Assembly: GCA_963695545.1 (NCBI GenBank)
Contig: OY968796.1
Coordinates: 64,001 to 128,000 of the forward strand
DNA length: 64,000 nucleotides
Origin: Terriglobia bacterium
GTDB taxonomy: Bacteria > Acidobacteriota > Terriglobia > Acidiferrales > UBA7541
Direction of reading: 5' to 3'
The translations under genes and the position numbers were made by a program. Below, piece after piece: positions 1-9,067 of this stretch (the first letter of the stretch is position 1; each line of letters begins with the position of its first letter). A model generated the notes under the pieces. It ran no database searches. It had not been told where the DNA came from and saw only the letters and a list, made by a program, of their open reading frames with translations.

Positions 1-987
1 ACGAACTCCAAGGGCTCCGTCGCCAAAATCACCAATTTCGGCGCCACGCTCACCGAGCTGTGGATTCCCGATCGCTCGGGGCGCAAGCGCGACATTGTTC
101 TCGGCTTCGACAGCCTCGATGGATATGTCGGAAAAGAACCCTACTTCGGCGCGACGGTCGGCCGCTATGCGAACCGCATCGCCAACGGCAAATTCACGCT
201 CGACGGAAAGACGTATCAGCTCGCGATCAACGATCCGCCCAATTCCCTGCACGGCGGAACGGTGGGATTTGACCGCAAGGTTTGGAAAGCGGAGCCGGTC
301 GAAGTGCCGCATGCGGCGTCCGTGAAATTCAGCTACGACAGCCCCGACGGCGAGGAAAATTATCCAGGCAATCTGCACGCCACCGTGCAATACACGCTTA
401 CCGATGACGACGAATTGAAGCTCGACTACACGGCCACGACCGACAAGGACACGATTATTAACCTGACCAATCACAGCTATTTCAATCTTGCTGGCGCCGA
501 TAGCGGAGATGTGCTGAAACAAATCCTGATGTTGAACGCGAACAGTTACACGCCCGTGAACGCGAACCTGATTCCCACGGGCGAAATTCTGCCCGTGGCC
601 GGCACGCCTTTCGATTTCACGAAACCCATGGCCATCGGCTCGCGCATCAACGATCCGCAAGTTCAAGCGCACAAGGGATATGACAACAACTACGTCGTGA
701 ACGGTACGCCGGGCGATTTGCGCCTGGCAGCACGCGCCACCGATCCCGATTCCGGCCGCACCATGGAAGTCTGGACCACGCAGCCCGGCATTCAGCTCTA
801 CACCAGCAATTACCTCGATGGCACGCTGGACGGCAAGCGCGGGGTTCATTACAAACAGTACGGCGCGTTCGCTCTTGAAACACAGCATTATCCCGATTCG
901 ATCAATCAACCGAATTTCCCGCCGGTGGTCCTGCACCCCGGCCAGACGTTTCACGAGGAAACAGTTTTGAAGTTCTCGACGCACTGA
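1..987 (+). CDS. galM: Aldose 1-epimerase (galactose mutarotase), 5'-truncated by the window edge
   Basis: Frame 1 is open from base 1 (TNSKGSVAKITNFGATL...GATVGRYANRI...NSLHGG); also NLTNHSYFNL and ETQHYPDS motifs. Confidence 0.93.
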   Translation, partial: TNSKGSVAKITNFGATLTELWIPDRSGRKRDIVLGFDSLDGYVGKEPYFGATVGRYANRIANGKFTLDGKTYQLAINDPPNSLHGGTVGFDRKVWKAEPVEVPHAASVKFSYDSPDGEENYPGNLHATVQYTLTDDDELKLDYTATTDKDTIINLTNHSYFNLAGADSGDVLKQILMLNANSYTPVNANLIPTGEILPVAGTPFDFTKPMAIGSRINDPQVQAHKGYDNNYVVNGTPGDLRLAARATDPDSGRTMEVWTTQPGIQLYTSNYLDGTLDGKRGVHYKQYGAFALETQHYPDSINQPNFPPVVLHPGQTFHEETVLKFSTH

Positions 988-1032
988 TCAGCGCAAGCCG
1001 TGCCGCGGCGGCCGCGGCTGCTGCGGCGAAGC

Positions 1033-1078
1033 GCGAATGCCCCACATGCCGAATTTGCGTGTGGGGCGTTTCGCTTTT
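1033..1078. terminator. Stem-loop between convergent galM and xylB, probable intrinsic terminator
   Basis: GCGAATGCCCCAC...GTGGGGCGTTTCGC followed by TTTT. Confidence 0.55.
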
Positions 1079-1091
1079 ATGGCAGCAAGGT

Positions 1092-2606
1092 TTAAAGCGA
1101 GGACGGAAAAATTTCGCGCAGCGCCGGATAAATTCGGCGATATGTCTCGTAGGATTTCTGCAGCAGCGCGGAATTCGCCGCATCGGGCCGAACGCGCCGC
1201 GCCACGCGAACCACTGCGTCGCAAGCTTCATCCACCGAGCGCCACATTCCCGCGCCGACGCCCGCGAGAATCGCCGCGCCATAAGCCGCGCCTTCCTCCG
1301 CTTCCACCAGCTCCACTTCGTGCGCGTAAACGTCGGCCTGAATCTGCCGCCACAATTCGCCGCGCGCTCCGCCGCCGCCCAACCGCACGCGCTCGACCGG
1401 CACGCGCAGCTCGTCGAATATCGTGAACGTATCCTTCAGGCTGAACGCCACGCCCTCAAGGATGGCGCGAATCACGTGCGCCCGCGTGTGCGACGCCGAA
1501 AGTCCGACAAGCGCCGCGCGCGCATTCGGATCGAGATGCGGCGTGCGCTCGCCCATCAGATACGGCGCCCAGAAAACCCCGTCCGATCCCGCCGGCGCCG
1601 TCGCCGCTTCCTCACTGAGCCGATCGTACGGATCGCGCCCGTCGTCGCGGCTGCCGGGCGCGCCCGCGCCGAATCGATCGCGGAACCAACGCAGCGAAAG
1701 GCCCGCTGCCTGTGTCACGCCCATCACGTGCCATCGTCCGGGCACGGCGTGGCAGAACGTGTGAATGCGTCCGCGCGGATCGAGTGCCGGCCGATCCGTC
1801 GCGGCGAACACCACACCTGACGTTCCGATGGTCGCGCTCACCGCGCCCGGCCGCACGATTCCCATGCCCACCGCGCCCGCGGCCTGATCGCCCGCGCCGG
1901 CAACGATGGGGGTACCCGCTGGCAATCCCGTCGCCGCGGATCCTGCGGCGGAAACTTTGGCGCACACGTCGGGCGATTCGTGTAGCGAGGGAAGCATCGA
2001 GCGCGGGATTTGCGTCTTGCTTGCAACTTCGGCGGACCAAACGCGATTCGCAACGTCGAGCAACAAAGTGCCGGAAGCATCGGAAACGTCCGTGGCACGC
2101 TCACCCGTGAGCCGGAAGCGAACGTAATCTTTCGGAAGCATGATGTGGCGCACGCGCTTCCAATTCTCCGGTTCGTTTTCGCGGACCCAAAGCAATTTCG
2201 TGAGCGTGAAATTGGTGAGCGGCGGATTCAGGGTGAGTTCGATCAGACGGCCGGGGCCGAACAGTTGGTCGAGTTCGCGCGCTTGCTTTTCGGTCCGCTG
2301 GTCACACCAGATCAGCGCGGGGCGGACAACCTCGCCGGCTTCGTCGAGCATGACGGCGCCGTGCATTTGTCCCGAGAAGCCGACGCAGGAAATCGCGTCG
2401 CCGCGAACAGCTGCGGACGCGAGCGCTCGGCCGACGGCCAGGCCGCAAGCGCGCCACCAATCGCGCGGATCCTGTTCGGCCCAGCCGGGGTGCGGAGATG
2501 CGAACGCGGCGTGCTCTTCGACGCCGGAGCCGAGAATGCGGCCCTGCGCATCGATGATCAGAGCGCGCGTGCCGCTTGTGCCAACGTCAATGCCGAGGAC
2601 GGGGAT
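1092..2606 (-). CDS. xylB: Xylulokinase (FGGY family); probable non-canonical ATC start at 2606
   Basis: Frame extends upstream of the track's 2366 start through IPVLGIDVGTSGTRA...WAEQDP...GFSGQMHG. GAGGAG lies 8 nt before the ATC, with an in-frame TAG just upstream. GAGDQAA and PYLMGERTP motifs are present. Confidence 0.9.
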   Translation of the reverse strand: MPVLGIDVGTSGTRALIIDAQGRILGSGVEEHAAFASPHPGWAEQDPRDWWRACGLAVGRALASAAVRGDAISCVGFSGQMHGAVMLDEAGEVVRPALIWCDQRTEKQARELDQLFGPGRLIELTLNPPLTNFTLTKLLWVRENEPENWKRVRHIMLPKDYVRFRLTGERATDVSDASGTLLLDVANRVWSAEVASKTQIPRSMLPSLHESPDVCAKVSAAGSAATGLPAGTPIVAGAGDQAAGAVGMGIVRPGAVSATIGTSGVVFAATDRPALDPRGRIHTFCHAVPGRWHVMGVTQAAGLSLRWFRDRFGAGAPGSRDDGRDPYDRLSEEAATAPAGSDGVFWAPYLMGERTPHLDPNARAALVGLSASHTRAHVIRAILEGVAFSLKDTFTIFDELRVPVERVRLGGGGARGELWRQIQADVYAHEVELVEAEEGAAYGAAILAGVGAGMWRSVDEACDAVVRVARRVRPDAANSALLQKSYETYRRIYPALREIFPSSL

Positions 2607-2649
2607 TGTGGTGACTCCTCTTTCGGTCTATTTCCAAATTTGCGCGCGG

Positions 2650-4725
2650 CTATTTCAAATATGTCGCGAGCCAATCGGCAACGGCATCGTTCCAACGCTC
2701 GCTGTTGAGCGGCTTCTGAATCCAGTGGCCTTCATCGGGAAATAGCAGAATCTTTGATGGCACGCCCTGGCGTTGGAGCGCGGTGAAAAACTCGAGATCC
2801 TGCGTGTACGGCACGCGGTAATCGAGTTCGCCGGCGAGGATCAGCGTGGGCGTTTTATATTTTCCCAATGCCGCGGCGTATGTGCTGGGCGACCAATTTT
2901 GATAGCTCGCGGGATTCGTCCACGGCGTACCTTTCAAATCGTGCTCGACGAACCAGAGTTCTTCGGTCGAACCATACATGCTGAATTCGTCGTACGGTCC
3001 GGCGTGACTGATCAAACATTTGAAGCGGTCCGTGCGCGTCGCGATCCAGTCAACCATGTAGCCGCCGTAGGAACCGCCGATCGCGGCGGTGCGGCTGCCA
3101 TCCGTGAACGGATACGTGGCGAGCACGTAGTCCAGGCCCTTCATCAAGTCTTCGTACGGTCGGCCGCCCCAATCGTCCTGAATTTCATCGACGAATTTTT
3201 GTCCATAGCCGGTCGAGCCGCGCGGATTGATCAGCACGGCGACGTAACCGGGCGCGGCGAAAAGTTGCGCGTTCCATCGATAGGCTTGGCTCTCCCAGGC
3301 GTCTTCCCATCCTGCTTGCGGGCCGCCGTGGATCACGAGCACGACTGGATATTTTTTCGAGGGATCGAATGACGGCGGGCGGATCAAGATCCCTTCGACG
3401 CGCGTTCCGCCTGCGCCCGCAAACCAGAACGTTTCGGGCCGCGCTAGATCGAGTTGTGCGAGCAGGGGCGCGTTCTCATGCGTGAGTTGGCGAAGATCGG
3501 AACCGTCGCTGCGCGCGGCCCAAACTTCCGTGGGCGCGTTCTGCGCCGAGCGCAGAATTGCCATGGTGCTTCCATCGGCGGAGAAAGTTACGTTGTCGTT
3601 GAAGCCGCCGACGATCGCTCGCGGCTCAGCATCGGGCGTGGCGGCGACTTCAAACACGGGCTGTTCGATTTCCTGTTGCGCCCAGAAGTATAGATTCTTG
3701 CTGTCGGGAGACCAGAGAATCGTGTCAACCCAGAGATCGAAGTTCGGGGCGAGGCGCGCGGATGTGCCGGACGCGCGATCGTAGAGCATGAGCCGCCAGA
3801 GATCGCTCTCATATTCCGGCGTGGCCTGCGAGCGATAGGCGATGCTGCGACCGTCGGGAGAATATGTCGGGTGACCATCGAAGCCGGGATTCGTGGTGAT
3901 GCGCTTGGGAGCGCCGCCGGCGAGATCGACGACGAACAAATCGCCGTTGGTGCTGATGGCTTCGGGGCGATCGGTGACGGCGGTAAAACAAATTTGTTTG
4001 CTATCGGGCGACCAAGCGATGTCGGTGGGGTCGCCGCGCTGATCCGGCGGCACGTCGTAATCGGCGGCGGGCGTGAGATCGCGCGCTTGACCGGATTGCG
4101 CGTCGGCGACGAACAGATGACTGCGCGTGCCATCGCTCCAGCGCACCCAGTGGCGGAAAAGCAGCGTGTCGTATTCGCGCGCCTTCACGGGATTTACGTC
4201 GCGAGCGTGGACGCGCGCGGCGTTGCACGCGTCGTCGGCGCAATTGGGGAAGACGCTTGAGGTGAAGGCGATCGAGCGGCCGTCAGGCGACCACTGTTCG
4301 TTATCGGCGCCCGTGGAGAGCGTCGTGAGAAGTTCCGGATCTCCGCCGGCCACGGCGACGACGTAAACTTGTGTCACACCGGCGCGATCGGAGAGAAACG
4401 CGATGCGCGTTCCGTCGGGCGACCACTGTGGGCGCGAATTGTTGCCGCCGCGCGTGAGCTGGCGCGCGTCGCCGCCATCGGTGGGCACGAGCCAGACTTC
4501 GTTGACCACGCTATTGGCGGCGAGATCCGGCGTGCCGATGGTGTAGACCACCCATTTGCCGTCCGGCGAAATCTGTGGCTCCGAAACGCGCCGGATGGAC
4601 TGCAGATCGTTCACGCTCATGGGGCGCTTGGCGGGCGTTTGCGCGCCGACATGGATTGCGAAGGCCAACAATGAGAAAATAAGTGCGAATTGTTTCAGGA
4701 TCTTCTTTCGCAAGTACTGTCGCAA
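2650..4725 (-). CDS. Secreted S9-family peptidase (dipeptidyl/acylaminoacyl peptidase) with PD40/WD40-like propeller
   Basis: Signal peptide, repeated SPDG blades, IHGGPQ, GGSYGG nucleophile, DYRVP and DEGH catalytic residues. Confidence 0.92.
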   Translation of the reverse strand: MRQYLRKKILKQFALIFSLLAFAIHVGAQTPAKRPMSVNDLQSIRRVSEPQISPDGKWVVYTIGTPDLAANSVVNEVWLVPTDGGDARQLTRGGNNSRPQWSPDGTRIAFLSDRAGVTQVYVVAVAGGDPELLTTLSTGADNEQWSPDGRSIAFTSSVFPNCADDACNAARVHARDVNPVKAREYDTLLFRHWVRWSDGTRSHLFVADAQSGQARDLTPAADYDVPPDQRGDPTDIAWSPDSKQICFTAVTDRPEAISTNGDLFVVDLAGGAPKRITTNPGFDGHPTYSPDGRSIAYRSQATPEYESDLWRLMLYDRASGTSARLAPNFDLWVDTILWSPDSKNLYFWAQQEIEQPVFEVAATPDAEPRAIVGGFNDNVTFSADGSTMAILRSAQNAPTEVWAARSDGSDLRQLTHENAPLLAQLDLARPETFWFAGAGGTRVEGILIRPPSFDPSKKYPVVLVIHGGPQAGWEDAWESQAYRWNAQLFAAPGYVAVLINPRGSTGYGQKFVDEIQDDWGGRPYEDLMKGLDYVLATYPFTDGSRTAAIGGSYGGYMVDWIATRTDRFKCLISHAGPYDEFSMYGSTEELWFVEHDLKGTPWTNPASYQNWSPSTYAAALGKYKTPTLILAGELDYRVPYTQDLEFFTALQRQGVPSKILLFPDEGHWIQKPLNSERWNDAVADWLATYLK

Positions 4726-4958
4726 GGCTCGTCCTCACTGCATTCGTTTGCTGGTCAGCATCCAGCGTCAGCCAGACTATCACAGGGCTCCGACCGAATC
4801 GACTCCAGTGGGCGAAGCGTCGCGCGGCGATTTTGACAGCAACGCGTTCGCGGATTGCGTCGCGCCTCCGGGCTTGCTTCGTGTGCCATGCGGAGTCGGA
4901 CTTTCCGCCCCGGGCTAAATTGTGCCGTCCTGGGGCTCGGCTGACGCCCTGCCTCTCA

Positions 4959-4988
4959 TTGACTGACCGCCAGTCAGTACGATAGGAT
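4959..4988 (+). promoter_or_regulatory. Sigma70-like promoter overlapped by a palindromic operator (probable TetR site)
   Basis: TTGACT-18-TAGGAT; inverted repeat ACTGAC-N5-GTCAGT at 4962-4978. Confidence 0.55.
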
Positions 4989-5048
4989 GGTTGTAGACGA
5001 TTTGTGGCGGGGCGCGCCGAATCGACGGCGTCGCGACGAGAGGGCCGG

Positions 5049-5933
5049 ATGAGCGGCGAGAAGCGCGATGTGAAAGTGGGCAGCACGACCTATCTCATCA
5101 CGGGCGCGACAGGAGACATCGGATCGCGCGTCGTCGAGCAGCTGCTCGAGCGCGGCGATCGGCCGCGCGTGTTCGTGCGCGACGCGGAGAAGGCGCGAGC
5201 GCGCTACGGCGATCGCGTGGATATTTTTGCCGGCGACCTCGCGGACGCGTCGTCGTTACGACTGGCGCTTTGCGGAGTTGACACGTTGTTCCTTCTCAAC
5301 AGCGGCCCCGAGCTGGCGCAGCGCGACGACGCGGCCGCGAAGGCCGCGCGGGCCGCCGGCGTGAAGCATCTCGTCAAACTCTCGTCGATGGATTCGCAGC
5401 GAGACGTCGGGACCGGAGTGTGGCACGCGCGAGGAGAATCCGCGATCCGCGCGAGCGGAATCGCGTACACGTTCGTGCAACCGGCAGGATTCATATCAAA
5501 CGCGCTGGGGTGGGCGACGTCGATCAAAGCGGAAGGGGTAGTGCGCGCGCCGACCGGCGACGGGAGGATCGCCTTCATTCACCCTGCCGACATCGCAGCC
5601 GTCGCAACCGCGGTATTGACCGCGCGCGAGTACGACGGGGAGCCGTTGCCGATTACGGGTCCCGAGGCGCTGAACTACGCCGAGATGACGGCGAAGATCG
5701 GCGCAGCCACCAAGAAGCCGATCAGATTTGAGCCGATCAGCGAGGAACAGGAGCGCGCGCAAATGATGGCGAGCGGCGATCCGGCTGAGATCGTCTCGGC
5801 GCACATCTCGATTTACCGCGCGATTCGCGAAGGGCGTCTGGCCGGCGTCACGAACAACGTCGAGCGCGTGATCGGCCGAAAGCCGATCACATTCGATCAG
5901 TGGGCGCAGGAGAACGCGGCGGCATTTCGCTGA
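5049..5933 (+). CDS. NmrA-like / atypical SDR NAD(P)-binding oxidoreductase
   Basis: ITGATGDIG Rossmann motif, IHPADIA, ITGPEAL; start uncertain (5004, 5049 or 5070). Confidence 0.88.
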   Translation: MSGEKRDVKVGSTTYLITGATGDIGSRVVEQLLERGDRPRVFVRDAEKARARYGDRVDIFAGDLADASSLRLALCGVDTLFLLNSGPELAQRDDAAAKAARAAGVKHLVKLSSMDSQRDVGTGVWHARGESAIRASGIAYTFVQPAGFISNALGWATSIKAEGVVRAPTGDGRIAFIHPADIAAVATAVLTAREYDGEPLPITGPEALNYAEMTAKIGAATKKPIRFEPISEEQERAQMMASGDPAEIVSAHISIYRAIREGRLAGVTNNVERVIGRKPITFDQWAQENAAAFR

Positions 5934-6071
5934 ACACGGTGACGGCGGTCCGCCCGGAAAAGTGGGCGGCAGGTGGCACGCGCAGGGAGCGCTCGCATGA
6001 CTTTTTCCCAGCACGTTCGCTATGCTGCGTTCGGCGGACAGCGATCCGTCGCGGAGGCTAGCCGATTATTC

Positions 6072-6683
6072 ATGCGCGCGCCAAACAACTTACGACCAAG
6101 GACCAAGCCAGCCGAAGAGCGGCGAGACGAGCTGATGAATGCGGCGCAGCGCCTATTCATCAAGAACGGCGTGGCGGCGACCTCGATCGAGCAGATCACC
6201 GACGGCGCGAATGTCGCCAAGGGCACCTTCTATCTTCATTTTTCCTCGAAGGACGATGTGTTGTTCGCGTTGCGTGAACGATTCGTGCGGGAATTGTTGG
6301 ACGGCATCAAGAGTGCGATTGCGAAGCGGCGCGAGGAGGATTGGAAAGGGAAACTTGCGGCGTGGGCCGAGGCGGGGATCGCAGGCTACGTCGACGCGGC
6401 GGCGCTTCACGATATCGTGTTTTACGAATTTCAAGCTCCGTCGCCCAAAAAGCACGGCGACAATCCCGTCGTTGCGCACCTTTCCGCGCTGCTCGCGGCC
6501 GGGACCAGCGCAGGCGCTTGGTCTGTCGATGATCCCCGATTTACCGCGGACTTTTTGTTTCACGGGCTGCACGGAGTTGTGCACGACGCGCTGGCCAGGA
6601 AGAAGCGCGTCGCGCGGAGCGCACTCATTCGGAAACTGCAGCAAACGTGCTTCAGGGCAGTCGGATTGCGGGCAGCAAAATAA
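6072..6683 (+). CDS. TetR/AcrR-family transcriptional regulator
   Basis: HTH signature TSIEQITDGANVAKGTFYLHFSSKDD; ATG at 6072 preferred over 5973. Confidence 0.9.
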   Translation: MRAPNNLRPRTKPAEERRDELMNAAQRLFIKNGVAATSIEQITDGANVAKGTFYLHFSSKDDVLFALRERFVRELLDGIKSAIAKRREEDWKGKLAAWAEAGIAGYVDAAALHDIVFYEFQAPSPKKHGDNPVVAHLSALLAAGTSAGAWSVDDPRFTADFLFHGLHGVVHDALARKKRVARSALIRKLQQTCFRAVGLRAAK

Positions 6684-6703
6684 ATCGTAACTGCGGCGTC
6701 CGA

Positions 6704-8629
6704 CTATTTCTCGGTCGTCAGAGGCTGGATCGTGTTGGTGAGCAGATCCGGCACGGACGGATCGCGCTCTAGATGCGGAATGCGCAGGCCGCCGTGATAG
6801 TAAACGCGAACCGTTTGCGTGTAACCGACGTTGTCCACTTGCAGCACGATCGGCTCGGCAGTTCCCTTCGCGCCCACGATGGCGTCGCGCAGTACATCGG
6901 GCGACCAGGCGCGTCCATTCACCGATATCAATCTCATTCCAGGCGCAAGGCCCGCCTGAGCCGCGGGACCGCCGGGTATCACGTCGAGCAACTCGCCGGC
7001 CCTCGCGCCCTCCGATGAGCTGACGAGAATGCCGAGCGTGAAATTTTCGGCCACCAGACTTTCAGACGGCTCCAGCGCTTCAATGTAAGTGTTGGGCTGA
7101 TCGTTGTATACGAGATGCCAGCCGCCACCGGTGATCCCGCCCATCGGCGGGTGCAGGGTGATCACGTCGAGTCGATCGTGGAAAAATTTCGCCCAGTCGT
7201 ACGGCGCGACCTGATTAAGTGCGGTGACAACTTCATCAAGCGTGTAGGGGATGAGTTGCGGCGGGCTGGACGGCGCGCCCTCGAAGAGACGGCAGAAATC
7301 GTCGAGCGATTTCTGGCCGTGGGTGAGCTGGCGAATGGTGACGTCCGCATCGAGCCACATCAGCCAGCTTTCATCGTAAAAATCCACCCAGCGGCGGTAG
7401 GATCGCCACGCTTCCCCCGGAACCATGTAGAGCAACTGCGCGGACACCGCGGTATCCTCGAGCGTTCTCCAGTTGCGGCCGGGCCAATTGTCGAGATACG
7501 CCGCGGTCCACGCGAGCCACTCGCGATAATCGGCGTCGGTTTCGATGCCACTGCGCGCGGACAGCACCTCGCCGTAATATTGCGTCAAGCCTTCGTAGAC
7601 CCACAGCAAATCGCCCTTCATCGGCTGCTGAAAATCGGGCGTGGAAAGACCGAGCGGACGCCGATATTTTCCATTCCATGAATGGAAAAACTCATGGCTT
7701 AGCAAATCCGCGTAGTAGGTGCGATATTCCGGATCGAGAAGCATGCGCTCGGGAGCGCGATTGTCACTCGATTGGTGATGCTCGAGGCCGTTGGGATCCA
7801 TGTGATCGGTCAGGCTGAGCAGAAAATCGTAGTGATTATAATGATGCGCTTGAAACAGCGCTTGGGCCTCGCGCACCAAGTGGTTGTAAGCTTCGAGCTC
7901 GTCCTTCGGAATTTGCACGGCATCGTGCGAATCGCCAGCCAGATCGAGGCGGTCCGGCGGCTGCACGTCGGTGGCGAGCGGAATTGAGCGAAAGTACTCG
8001 CCCATCAGGACGGGCGAATCCACGAGCGTGGTGAGCGACACGGGCTTGAATTCCTCGGCGCCGTCGTCGGTTTCTTGCTGGAGCTCGAGTGCCGTGCCGT
8101 ATTTCCATCCGGCGGGAACGCGCAGCGTCGGGATGTAGGTCAAATCGTCGGTTTTCGCGCCCTCGGGATAAAGGACCACCAGATTCCATTCGAGAATCGC
8201 CATTTTGGCGGTCGCGGAGGGACCTTCGGAGTAGCCTTCGCTTTCAAGCGGCGTCAGATAATCAAGCGAAACGTCGAGTTCGGTCGCGCCGTCGGGAATG
8301 TCCAGGTGGAACGCGAACATGTCCACGTCGTCGCGTCGCCACGGCAAAACTTTTCCGCCGGCCATGAAGCGCAGGCCGACCACATCGGAGATGGGACCGT
8401 TCGGTCCGTGCTCGCCGGGAATCCATTTCGGATACAGGAGCGTGAAAGGACCGGGCGAAACCGGGAAGACCATGTGGGCGTGGAAGATTCGCTTCGGGGC
8501 TTCGCTCAAATCCGCGTAAATGCGAATCGGCTCGGGGCGCGATTGCGCGGCGAGTCTCCCTGCGGAGGCGAAAAAAGCCAGCGTCGCAAGCAGCGCGACC
8601 ACCGAGCGAGAACGACATCTGAAATTCAT
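6704..8629 (-). CDS. Secreted M61 glycyl aminopeptidase with C-terminal PDZ domain
   Basis: PKWIPGEH, GLEH, HEFFHSWN (HExxH), LWVYEGLTQY, PDZ-like GGPAAQAGL. ATG at 8629 has GGAAGG upstream and begins a signal peptide. Confidence 0.9.
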   Translation of the reverse strand: MNFRCRSRSVVALLATLAFFASAGRLAAQSRPEPIRIYADLSEAPKRIFHAHMVFPVSPGPFTLLYPKWIPGEHGPNGPISDVVGLRFMAGGKVLPWRRDDVDMFAFHLDIPDGATELDVSLDYLTPLESEGYSEGPSATAKMAILEWNLVVLYPEGAKTDDLTYIPTLRVPAGWKYGTALELQQETDDGAEEFKPVSLTTLVDSPVLMGEYFRSIPLATDVQPPDRLDLAGDSHDAVQIPKDELEAYNHLVREAQALFQAHHYNHYDFLLSLTDHMDPNGLEHHQSSDNRAPERMLLDPEYRTYYADLLSHEFFHSWNGKYRRPLGLSTPDFQQPMKGDLLWVYEGLTQYYGEVLSARSGIETDADYREWLAWTAAYLDNWPGRNWRTLEDTAVSAQLLYMVPGEAWRSYRRWVDFYDESWLMWLDADVTIRQLTHGQKSLDDFCRLFEGAPSSPPQLIPYTLDEVVTALNQVAPYDWAKFFHDRLDVITLHPPMGGITGGGWHLVYNDQPNTYIEALEPSESLVAENFTLGILVSSSEGARAGELLDVIPGGPAAQAGLAPGMRLISVNGRAWSPDVLRDAIVGAKGTAEPIVLQVDNVGYTQTVRVYYHGGLRIPHLERDPSVPDLLTNTIQPLTTEK

Positions 8630-9067
8630 GTAGCCTTCCTTCCAAAACTCTATTCTGGCGGACGCAAATAGAGCCCGCACTCGAGATTCGATCGGCTCTA
8701 CGTAGAGCCCACGCCTGATACTTGGCACCGCGGAACGCACCGGAAGCAGAAAGGCGAGAAATGGTCGCGTTCTACAAGAACCCAGAGTAACACATCGGTT
8801 TGCGCATGCACGGCGCGGTGGAGAAATGTGTGAGTGCTTGTGACGAAAGCGTGGTGCAGGCCAAGGGCTGATTTTCGCCGGTCGAGAGCGTCGTGAGAAT
8901 TTTCGGTCGGCGCGTGCGGGCGAATCATTGACAACTTCGCGGCGCGGTGACACAGTGCCCGTCGCGCGTAGCGGAACCACAAACGCGCGGCCGAGTGAAA
9001 ACCACGAGGCTTTGCCAGATATCGCGGCGGGCTCCAAGTAGAGCCGCGACCTGTGGAGGATATACAC

